Shown here piece after piece: positions 1 through 12,000 of a stretch of 64,000 bases of DNA. The notes under the pieces are model-generated. The model saw nothing but the letters and a program-made list of their open reading frames with translations. It was not told where the DNA came from and did not search any database. Each line of letters begins with the position of its first letter. The first letter of the stretch is position 1. Origin of the DNA: Yuukianura sp. NJ FZ-2021 (Eukaryota); assembly GCA_046563655.1 (NCBI GenBank), contig CM102286.1, positions 10,664,001 to 10,728,000 on the forward strand, given 5' to 3'. The translations under genes and the position numbers were made by a program.

Positions 1-3000
1 CAGAATCTCTGCATCCAAACACAATCAGACAAGGGAGTTGCAGGTATATTTGATGAGGACTTGAAGTCGGAATCTGAAATCGTGATTAAAGATAGAGTCC
101 ATTTCTGGACATGCTTCAAAACTCCAAGAATGGAAGATGGACAAAGGATGTTTTCGGGAAGATGTAGTTAGGAATTTACCTTCCGGCCGACATTGTCCTA
201 GTTCCATTACGAGCTGCCGGGCATGCACAGGTATGACAGCATGGTAATTCTCCAGGATAACTCGCTTCAACTGCAGCGTCCATTCCCTCTTCTGCTCAAT
301 ATTTTTTGCCTGGTAATCAACAGTCGACGGCATACCAATTTATTATCCAAAGACTTAACTAGCACGTCGCCGAGGTGAATGTCAGCATGGTTGTAAATTA
401 CAATTTCTACCTGGAGCGTGCACTGGAGACGAGGATTGTCAAAGGGGATGACATGGAAACTTAACAGCTCTCCTATGAATTCAAATCAGTAAAATTATCA
501 TAGCATTTAGGTGTACAATTTTAGACAGACTTTCTCTACTAAATTAAATTTAACACATTGACTTACCAGGGACGCTTTCGATCAACATCAAGTTGGAGCA
601 CTGTTTCAGTTTTGAAAGTTGACGACACAGGACATGAAAAAAAAATAAGAAAAAATAAAATTTTTTAAAACTCGTGTTCTAATGGGGAGTATGTGAACTT
701 TTTGTTCTGTATTTTATAGTCGCTTCTCAAATATACAAAGGAAAACAAAATTGACTTCATTTTTAAAAAGTACCGCAGCTACGTGCGTTACAATAAAAAT
801 TTTAAAGCAGATTTTGTCACCAGTGTCATGTCGTAATAAGTTTTGAATTAGCCAAAACAAATGAAAGAACAAAAAAAACTTTTATGTATTCCAGATTTTT
901 GATCAATTTGTAGATACGCGTATGGAAAGTAAGAAATGTAGCTTATAACTATATTTTCAAAACAAGAAAAAATACTGGAAACTGGATTTCCAACATATCA
1001 AGTATACTTAAATAGTTCAATTTGCATGACCAAACGTCTTTTTTAAATCCCACACCGGTTTTCCTTACACGTCATCGTCATCGTTCAACAAAGTAGTCAC
1101 ATCTTACCATGATATGCGTCTTGTATCCCAGGATCCCGTCTTCCTTCTTCTTCGTAATTAGAAGCATCCTATCAAATAGGAAGATATGGCGAAGTGCTTT
1201 GGCACCATAAACTCGGAAAGTTCCTTCCGCACATAACTCTCCATAAGTGGTTAAGTCCTCGCCCTGCAAAATTTGACCAAAACAGTATTACTTTCATTTT
1301 TTCTTTTTAATATTCCATGGGTAAAACCTACAGTTCAAGAAATCACTGCTTTTGTGTAATAAACCAGAGAAAACTTCGAATCGTGTAAATTGATTGATTC
1401 CTCATTTGGATTTTACAAGGTGACAAGAGTGAAACGAAAATGATTGAATGCAATTAATTATAAAAGTAACATTATTATTTGATTTTGGAAGGAGAGGTAC
1501 ACAAGGTGGGCCACACATCAGTCATTTTCGTTACAGAACAATGACAGATCAAGTCACTTGTGCAAGAGTGTCTCTCAAATATGATTGGTGGGCATAGTAC
1601 ATGTTCAACATCCAAAACACTCAAAAATGTCACTGACAAAGACACAATCATTGACCTCCCTTTTGCGCAAAAGGCAACATTGAGCTTTAATCTTTCCTTG
1701 GTCAATGCCTTGAAGTTAACCTGGATTCCAATCCCAAGCCCATGAAAGGAAAGATCAATCTTACGGTCATGGTCACTGGGCTTCACTCAAGTACAGGCGA
1801 AGATCTCTCGTTTCAATTCTTCCGTCAGAAGTAAAAGTGCATATAGATTAAATGCTTTTAGCATTTTTACGACTTTAGAGAAAGAGAAAGTTTCTGGAAT
1901 TTTTAATTTTAGAAAACGAGCGTATCTGTACAAGATGTCTGGCACTGGCCAATATTCATGGTTGGATTTTTGTGACTCATGAAGAAGGAATGGCAACGTT
2001 CATGCCTTATTTCGAAGAAGACAAAGGGATGACTCTGTCCACCAGGAATTCAATTCCATTCGTTTACAGTATAATCCCATTCTATCTTCTTCAAACCTAA
2101 GAGCCACTACCGTTTCCGCATTATTTATTAAATAACTTGGAGATTGAATTGGCCCAACAACAAAGTCTGTCATAAGATGCGCAGCATTCGACACAAAAGT
2201 CATTTTGTCCATGGCAGCATTCTATAAACCTTCAAGTCGACTTTATTTCTGCTTCATAACTTTTGTAAACTGGAACTGCTGTTCGTCTAAAAGACTGCTT
2301 TTCGGCAACGTGAAAGCATCAAGGAACGGCGAAAATCCTCTTACGCCATTGTGCTAAGCATCATCTCTTCGACATTCTAAAGTGAGGTATGAAAAAAAAG
2401 AGACGAAACCGGCTTAAAATCAAACTTTAGTCTTCGAATATGCTTTTCACTAGGGGTAGGAATTCGGATTTTGACTCCGAATTTAAATCCGAATTTTTGA
2501 CGAATTCGATTTATTCGGAATTCGGATTCTGAAGTTCCGAGTTCGAATTCAGACGAATATTTTGGCACATTTGAGGCATGGAGATTTATGTGAAATTCGA
2601 AGTTTTTGATTATTATTCTTCGTTATTCGCCATAAGAGTTCGTTGTAAATTATTTCATCGATTTCTTAATTTGATTTGTAATGATTTTTTTTAATCTTTA
2701 CACTTACTTTTTACTAAAAATTTTTCTTGTGGTTCTGAACCGAGTTGTGTATTTGCTACTACTGCAATTGCTTAGCATTCATGAAAGTCTTTCATTAAGG
2801 TTTGCGAGTACCCTGGCAACGGGGGGTTAAAATGCGGCTTAAAATGATGAACTTTCACGCAGTCTGGTTTAGCGTAGGAGTGTCGTACAGCGATCGACAA
2901 TATGTCAAACTTTACGAGAAGACTTGATCTAGCATTATTCGAAAAAAAATTATGTAATGCTTATTCCAAATATAAAAAATGGAGAGATGTTCCAGGCCTA

Positions 3001-6000
3001 TTTCTTTATAGTTAGCACTAACATTTGATAACTCTTTTTCCCAGTAATACTAGACCATGTTTTTTCCTAAAGTTCGATATATTGTGGATTTCTACAAGAC
3101 ATTCCTATGCTAAACTAAAAATTTTTTAAATTTCAATGTCGCAATTTCAGAAAATATGTTTGCAAAACCCAAGCGACGGCAACCGAACTTGATTCTGTGT
3201 TTTGTTTGTTTGAAGGTTTATACTTTTTTTCAGTGTTGCTGGATATTCACTTTTTTAAAATTTCATCCACCGCTGGATATCCAGTGGAAGAAATGGGCGA
3301 AATGGCTGAATCCAAAGGGGTGGAGCTTTGCCCGCAGGGTATGCATAATTTGATAATTAAGATCGGAAGGAAATCTAAAACAATTCAGAAACAACCGCAA
3401 ATAGTGCTAAAATAAGTTCTAAAAACAAAACCAATTAAGCAAAAGCGGTTTAAATACTTAATTAAAGTATTTCCTATTAATTAATTTAAATTTATTTGAA
3501 ATTGGCGCTGAATTTTTTAACTCAGCTGATTTCTTCCATCCACCGCCTAGTAGGACCCCATTTCATCCACTGGATATCCAGTGGAAGTGGCTAATAAGCC
3601 ACTGTACGTTTAAGCATCCAGCAACACTTTTTTTAAAAATCATTTTTGCACTGCTCGTTTTGCACCAGTCACTCACGAGGGTGTTTCTTCTTGATGTCTG
3701 CAACTTTTGCTAACTGCACAAATTCGGTTATCGTGGTTACTAAATCTAACAATTGTTTATTAGACGCATGTTACACGTCCTTAAGAGTATGTAAACTGTT
3801 CAATTATTTATCAATTAATCAATTGGTGTGAATTCTTAATTTGTATTTACAAATTAATATCTCATTTCCGTTGCGTTTACCAAAACCAAAACTACCGAGG
3901 CTTTTCTTGAATTCCAGCTACAGCTTAATGCTGAAGTAATAATAGAATTCATTAGCTAGGGTCATCTACCAAGGGAAAAGGAGTTTTTTTCCAAAATGGC
4001 TGCCAACCTTATCTACAACAAGGTGGAATACCCGCTTCTGAAATCGGGGCTAGCGCTTGTTGTAGTGTATGCGAATACACATATCAATTTTCAGAACCCA
4101 CTACCTTTTTGGGCACCCGCTACCAATTTTGGGAACCCGCTAACACTTTGGGCACCCGCTACCACTTTGGGAAACTGCTACAAATTTGGGGAACCCACTT
4201 TCTGCGACGTTAATCATTGCGATAAGCTAAGTGAAAGGACCAAGTTCGCATGCCTCCATGCCGCGCCTCACACGCTTATTTTTCTTTTCACTTGATGCAG
4301 GTTACCGCTCTGGGTCAAGGGTCATAGGTCACAGGTCAATACGTCATAGATCAATCGACTGCATTAGACCTCTGCTTTCGAATGACATGTCACATGCCGG
4401 TGTTTGATATGATTTTATGAGGTCATCGCACCAGATCAAAGGTCAAAGGTCACGGGGCAAGATGTCACATAGCCTACGCTCTTCGGGGTGACCTCGCAAA
4501 GAAAAGGACACCTCGTTTGTCCAAATCGGTCCAGTAGTTTCGGAGGAGTAGCAGGGGACTATTTCACCACTTTACAATTTTCACTTTTCAATAATCAATC
4601 CTCAATTTTCAATTTTTGCAAAGTGAGGATGTGGAGCGTTTCACCATAACAACAGACTCCTCAAATTCCCTTCCGCAGTTTTGAACCTTTTTTTTTTGAA
4701 AAGTGAGGAAGAAAAAAAGAAAAGTGAAGAATGACTCTTCGTAAATGAACATTTCACTACTGGAAATCGAAACTTTAGGTTCAAGCAGAACATGTTGACC
4801 GTTAGTTAGTGACTGTATGTTGGTGACTGTCAATTGGCGATTGTCAGTTAGTGACTGTCCATTGGTGACTTTGCATTGGCTACCGAAACTGAGCGTAGAA
4901 TTGAAGGACAAAGTTCATGTCCGAAAGCTTGAATCTTTTTAAATAACGATTTAAAAGTTAAAACATCAACTGGCGTAATTCCGATCTAAAATGCAACTTA
5001 ATGAAAAAATCATTTGCTACCGCAAAGTTGAGGAATGGCAGAGAAGCTATCTTGTCATCCGTGTCACTGTCCCTCGAGTAGAGTCATCTATGACTCCAAC
5101 TTAAGTCCATTTTAGTCATTATAAGTCATGTCATACCCAAACTGTCAGGGAATCGGCGGCAACTGTCAAAAATCATTCACTTTTCAATCTTTGAAGAAGC
5201 CCCCGACCTTCTTCAAAAAAAATTGAAAAGTGCAAAACTTTGCACACCTTTCGTTGCCAAAGAAAAAGCGGTGAAACACTCTTCACGCTTTTTTAGTGAA
5301 AAATTCCTCAATTTTCACTTTGCAAAATCAATCCCCAATTTGCAATTTTCACTTTGCAACGTTGTTATGGTGAAACACTCCACTCCTCAATTTACTCGAA
5401 AAATTGAAAATTGAGGAGAAAAAAGTGCAAAATGAAAAGTGGTGAAATACACCCCAGGACACACACACACACAGACAAACAGGGTCTTGATTTTATATAA
5501 GTAGATTGCATTTTAAGATGACATCAGCTCAGCACCCCCCCCCCCTCCGCACCCTCATTCCCTCATACCCCCTCAACTAATCTCTCCTATAGTGTTCTCC
5601 TATCGTATCACCTATTGTACTCTGCCTATTATCTAATCTATTACAATGAGTGCAAAGAGATGTACGAAATACCAAGAAAACGCGGTGCATACTAACCAAT
5701 CCAGAAGCTGGCTGATGCAATTTCGCTAAATAACGTTTCCACACATGAACTAGAGAGGGTTGAAACTTCACACATTAGAACACGCTCATTTGAGTTGCGG
5801 TCTGGCTGGGTAAGGACTTTTCTGTTAAACTAGCTTATACTTCCAGAAATTTTCAACGTTATTCATTTCAGGTGTACAGCTAATACGCTTGAAGAATGAG
5901 CGGAAACAAAACACTAAAGCTCGAACCTTCGACCATTAACGACTTACTGGCTATCGCTCCCAAATCGGAAGCAATAAGGACTGGGGCGACCAAACATCCT

Positions 6001-9000
6001 AAAAATAGAGCTGCAGTGTACAAGCATTTTGGCTATCGTGGAACAATGCACTACGCCAAAACAGATGACATGAAAAGAGAAGAGGATCGTCTTTTAAGTA
6101 TGAAAGAATGGCCCAATAACAATCATACAACAAGCAACGTGAAATCAGAAGAAGGATTTGTTTACATCATCGTTGGAACAGTATTGGGCTGCACTGAAAG
6201 CACAGTTGGAGCAAACGATGGGGCAATACCAATCGAGAAGGTGAAGCAAAAGATACTGTACGAAATTGGCGAAATCGGAGGTATCGAAAGTGGTACCACG
6301 GTATCTTGTGAGCAGAAAGCAAAACGTCTATGGAACGATGGGCGGCGTGGAACATTGTATTATGCTGATACGCAGAACGCTGAGAAGGCTGGAAATCGGT
6401 TCCTGAATTTGGGACTCGGGAGTAATGTGGAGAGTGAAAGTTCTGAGCCGCCTGGCTACGTCTACGTCCTCGCAGATTTAAGTTCCTTGTGGCGTAACAA
6501 ACTTTAATTTAAGGCTTATTGTTGTTTAATTAGCGCCAGCGTTTCCGTTAACTGCAAAATTCTGTTTTGTTTAACATCAGACATAGGCATATTTGTACAA
6601 TTTCACTCAAATCCATTCGCGATGAATCGCTGCATCTTTCGAACAAACATACAAACAGTTGCCGATGTCTTAGGTCGATTCGAAATCAAGCTTCCAGAAT
6701 TTTTGGTCAGTTTGTAAACTTTATGCCAGGGACCCCTAGGATGAACATAGAAAGAGATTTAGTATATCAAAATTTGTGAAATGTGATTACGGGGTTTTCT
6801 ATGGAATAAAAAATTGGAAATTCCCACACTTCATCCTAAAAAACGATTCATCGTAACTATAACTTTTATCGTAACATTTACTAACTGCACAAGTTCTGTT
6901 ATCGTGGTTACTATATTTAACGACTATTGTTTATTACACGCATGCATGGCACACGTCCTTAATAGAACTCTGAGCTGTTAATACTAAGGCACCAGTAGTA
7001 ATTTCAAGCTCAATTCAAGTTTTATTCACAACAATTCAAATTCAAAATATCATTTTTAAGGAAACCTGAAATAGTGTTTGCAAACTCTGACGAAAATATA
7101 AAAGTTTAAGTTCATGTAATCTGACAATCCGTTGCGGAAACCATCTTTAGTATTGTTCATGGAGGTCAATTGTAAGTACACAATGCTGTAGAGTAGCAAA
7201 TACACATGCTTCTAATGCCAAAACTTTGAAGTGTAATCGGCAAAATATATGGAGACTGAAATTCGAATTCAAATTCGAATTCGACCGGCTAGAATCCGAA
7301 TTAATTCGGAATTTGAATTTCATGAGCAAGCCGGCGAATTCCCACCCCTACTTTTCACAAACTAGAGCTCCAAGTCAGAGTCATTAGTTTGTTTTTCAAG
7401 GCTCTCATGAGACTTTGAACTCGAAACATGAGAAACTTGATCCTCAAAAACGTTAAGACGAAAAAGTTGCATGCAGCGATGCGTTGAATGCATTTAAACA
7501 GTTAAGTGTCGCTTGCACAGCGAAGGAGTGCAGATTCTGAGTGATGACGTGTGAAAATTCTAAATGAGGCGTCACATGGAGCTGATGATGAGTTTAGTGT
7601 CAGTATGAGTGACTCCATGACACGAATGAATTTTTTGAGTCAACTTTGACCTCATACCTGCCAACCGTAGAGTAGGGACTGGATTTCCTGAACTCTCACA
7701 GCATGTTCATGTCTTCGTTTCATGTCGTTGATATGATGAGCAATATTCGTCATGGCTGACAACGCTTCAACTATTGTTCCAAGCCCATCTTCCCCACCGT
7801 CGTAGTGCTTTACAATGTTCTGAAATAACAAAATTGCAATTTCAATTTGCAGTTAGTCTACAGCAACGCTGCTGGAAATCACTCAATCACGTCAGTTTTC
7901 AGAAAAAGAAAATCCAACACCACGCCCACAATTTACAATTTGTTTACATTATTTTGACTCAAAAATTATGATTCCACAAAACACGCAACTATTCGCACAA
8001 TTCACAATGTGGGCTTACACTGAATTGCGTTTTTACGTTTATTTTGCATTCTATAGAAGCTTGAACTCTTGCATCATTGTTTGAGGTTACATGGCATAAA
8101 TGTGTCAACATAACATTAAACAAAACCCGTTGCAGGTCAATATAATGTCCAACGATAAAATTTAGTATGTCAACTTGAATTTTCCGTTCGCAACAAACAA
8201 TGTCAGAATTCAAGAAATTTAGTATTTTAATGTTTGCATAAATACCCGAATCTCGTTGGTGCTATTGGCACACATTTTGGCGATCCTTAAAAGACTGAAT
8301 TACCTGGAGCAGAAGATGATACTTGAGAATGCGTTGGACTGGTTTGAGGAGATAAGAACCCAGAGGCAGAGAATGACCGAGTGCTACTTGTCGCTGTCGA
8401 AAATATTCTCGGCTTTGCTCCTGCCGCATCATGTCAGTCAAAATGGACATGGTACTAAAATTAAAAAGAAAAAATTAATTCTTCGACATACTTTACAATT
8501 ACTTCATCAAAACTTTCACTATCACTCTCACCCTACCTTCTTTTTTAAACACGTATTTTCAAAACGAGAAATCAGAGTTTGCGAAAGGAGTAAGTCAGGC
8601 CCCGAATTTTATGACAGAAAAGCTTGTCATAATTATCCCGATTTTGAAAAGAAAAAAGTAAACAGCAGTAAAGGAATTTTTTTTAATGGTGTTCGGTCAT
8701 CATGTTTTGAGTTTTTCGGGCTCACAGTTCCTATCCTGTAGAATTAGCACGTATTTTTTTAACCACAAAAAGCATAGAATTTAGGACTTAACTAATTCAT
8801 CGTGATTTGGTTTTGATATCGTTTAATCCTAGGATTTGCTCGTGCAGCTTTGGTTTAAATCTCATTGGAAAAGAAATGGGCTACTGAAAATGTCCGTGTA
8901 AAAATCCTCGTCATACTCAATTCATCTTGTTCATGCCAGCCTAAAACCAAACACATCCTTGCATACTAACAAAACATTAGACTGCACACTGCTAAAGTCA

Positions 9001-12000
9001 ATTCCTCCCACTGGAAAATAAAACAACGCTCAGTCAACTACCGCACACATGGAAGTTACTAAATTGTCCCACGCTGTGCTGCCCGGGCATTTCCAAACTA
9101 ACTGGAGGAGCATTTACAAAAGAAACTCAAAAGATTTTCCCATTCTCCAGACAATCTCCTGTCAAATCTGTGGAATGAATGGGTGTGTCCGGAATTACAT
9201 TTGACTGATGGAATTGCACACACACTTACATCAATCATCCCCCTTTGTTAAACTTACAAGTTAGTTTATGTTTAGTCTAAAAATGAGACACACCAAAGTC
9301 TTAAAAAACTGCATTTGGAAGCGTGGGTGTGGAGATCACTTCTGGATGAATGCAGTACAGTTAGGCATCGCATTTCTAACTTTTGTATAGGATGGATCTA
9401 TCACTGTTCAGGTTGCTCATCCATTCGAAAATTGTGTTCTTTTGCAATGTGAAAAGTAAAAAAAAAAAAAAAACAATTTTCTCCACACTTCTCTAATTCT
9501 TGATTACAAATGAAGTTCAGAAATTTTGTGGCTAAATCGGTACTAAGATTAGACTTGGTCGGATGTTTCCAGAGAAAATTGGAGAAAACAACAAAATTGA
9601 ATAGGGTTAAGGTTGAGCGTTTATGTGACTGACATGCAACACGGAAAAGCGGAAGGGACGGGGAATGTCACAGTTCAACAGCATTTCTCCTTCTACACGC
9701 ATGCGATGAAGCCCTCCCCTTGATTAGTGTATTCTCTAATTGAATTTCTCCGCTTTCCTGCTCTTCAATAGCAACTTTCTCTCTGGAGAGAATTATTAGA
9801 CTGCATTGCTCACAGTGGAAGAAAAGCAAATTCGTTCAAGTGTGCTGAAAATCTCTACCCTCTAGTCAAAGACCTTTAACTGCAAGTTTTTAGAAAACTA
9901 AAGCTAAAGCACCAGTAAAATCTGAATTCTGGTTTGAAAGTTTTTGGATAGCATAGCCTTTTGATTTGTTTGAAAAAGTTGTGTTCATCCAGTGATACCA
10001 CAAACATTTATCAAAGTGCAGTTAGGATGAGCGTAGGCTAATCGATTCTTGCCGGAGAAAAGTGTTCATTAATTTTCTCTCCCCTTGACGTCTCAGTCGA
10101 GTGTAGTTTCTTTAGAAGTTGATAATTAGTTAGTCACTGCCTCCAAACCACAAACTGGCTGATGAACTTCATTTACTAAAGTAGTTTTTGGAGTTGTAGG
10201 CTTACCGTGGATATTGCGTACAGTACTGGGTATATACAGAGAAGCCCTCCTTGTCACTAACGAAGCACTTGGCCACTTCGACGGGATCCAGACCACAGCT
10301 CTCCACCCGAGTTACGAATTCACTGTAGACACAAAATTACAATCAACAGTGACTCAACATTTAATTACTCAGACTACCAGATCTGGGTCATTGTCAATCA
10401 TATTTTGAAAAGCAGTGTAGTTTAACTCATTTGGATTTGTAAAATGCACCTCACTGCAGGTTCTATCATCAGCAGACCTGCCAAAAATATTTACTGAAAA
10501 CCATCGGAAACTGAATTTTTTCCAGGATTTATCCATTTATCCAGAGGATATAACCTGGACGAAATGCGAAATGGATATCCAGCAACACTGTCTATCCTAC
10601 TGCATACGCTCGTTAGCTTACCTATTAAATGCATGAATTTCCTCAATGTTGCTGAAGAGCTCAGTGATGTCCTCCAGTTCAAAGGGCTTCTCGTCATCAG
10701 TACACGACTTCCAGTGGCCCAAGTAACCCTGTAGCATTAGAATTAACAATTCATCAAAATTTGAATCTCTTTGGTCCATGGCTAATCTGAAGCATAATTT
10801 TTTGAAAATTTCAATTAAATTATTTCATCATCATTTCAAAAGTTGCAAGAGAGTGAGGAGGACCAGTTAGCTTCGGACATTTTCAAATTAAAAAGCCCTC
10901 GGTCTAACACAGTTAAAGTACAAGACTGAAGCATAGGGTGCAACCCATTCCCAAAATGGACTGGAAGTTAATTAAAACAAATTGTCCTCGTGGGGAATAC
11001 AGTTCAACAAGGTTCCAGTTTTCAGATTCAATTTATTTTCTAAATCCTAAAGGTGCCTAACCGCTGTTCCGTGAACCTGGACCAGTTCTTATAATCTCAG
11101 ACGAAAGGAAAAGAGGCAAGGGTGAGACTTAAAACCAAAAAACTTTTAATTTAAAAGATGGTTTCCAGGCATCCACGGGGTCTCTGCATTCTCAGCATGA
11201 CGCTGTCTCCCAGCAGCACAACTTTCCAGCCTCTCCTGCTTGAAAGGAACAAAACAGTTCCTTTGGTTGGAGCATTTAATTTCCGAGGTTTAAACTGCGT
11301 ATGGTGAGCACCCAAAACAAAAGTGAGGAAAAATGGGGTTCACGAAATGGAAATCCATTCATCAAGTCTACATGGACACACGCTTCAGAAGTTGAACGAA
11401 GGGTGTTCCCGCCGTGCGGAACTTCAATTTCCTATTTAGTACGTTTCTTCCGAATAGAACGAACTTGATCTCGCAAATGGTCGGCTGTATTTCGACAGGC
11501 GGCGCGTGCGAATGTATCCTCTTAGGACATTTTAGGAAACCAAAGTATCCGATTGCTCATCTTTTGGTTGCCGTAAAGTGGTTCTTTGTGGAGTGTTTTT
11601 TGGTTTCAATTGAATTTAAAAATTATAGACTCAGCAGAACCAGAGATAGAAACGAATCTGTTTCTAACTCTGAACTGTCACCCCCATGTACTTTGACACG
11701 ACGTTGGACAAGTGACCACACTACTAAAATGGGCCACCGCCGAACAGTACTCTCGTCTTCCGTTTAATTTATGTGATGAAGCGACGGTACATTGCCAAGG
11801 CGGAGATTTCAAAAAGTAAAATACAGTCAACCTAAGCGTATACGAATGAAAAAAAAAACTTTAGCTGGTGTTTTCCATTTTATACGGGACTTCTCCCGCA
11901 CTGCTTTTCCCTCCCTCCTTCTTCCCTGTCAAACGTTGAAAGTAAAACGCTGTTCAATTTTTTTTCCACCAAATCTTTCCAAACTGAAAAGACATTAGAA

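Larger units (their letters stand above)
3710..6962 (+). repeat. ~75-80 bp imperfect direct repeat pair (3710-3784 and 6881-6962)
   Basis: CTAACTGCACAA.TTC.GTTATCGTGGTTACTA...ACACGTCCTTAA in both copies. Confidence 0.85.
2451..7350. mobile_element. 4.9-kb non-autonomous hAT-type DNA transposon with cargo
   Basis: TIRs TAGGGGTAGGAATTC / GAATTCCCACCCCTA; exact 8-bp TSD CTTTTCAC at 2443-2450 and 7351-7358; subterminal GAATTC/CCGAATT motif clusters at both ends; no transposase ORF. Confidence 0.9.

Noticed and set aside
2451..7350. Autonomous hAT transposase
   Set aside because: No long ORF and no BED, DDE or dimerisation motifs were seen inside the element
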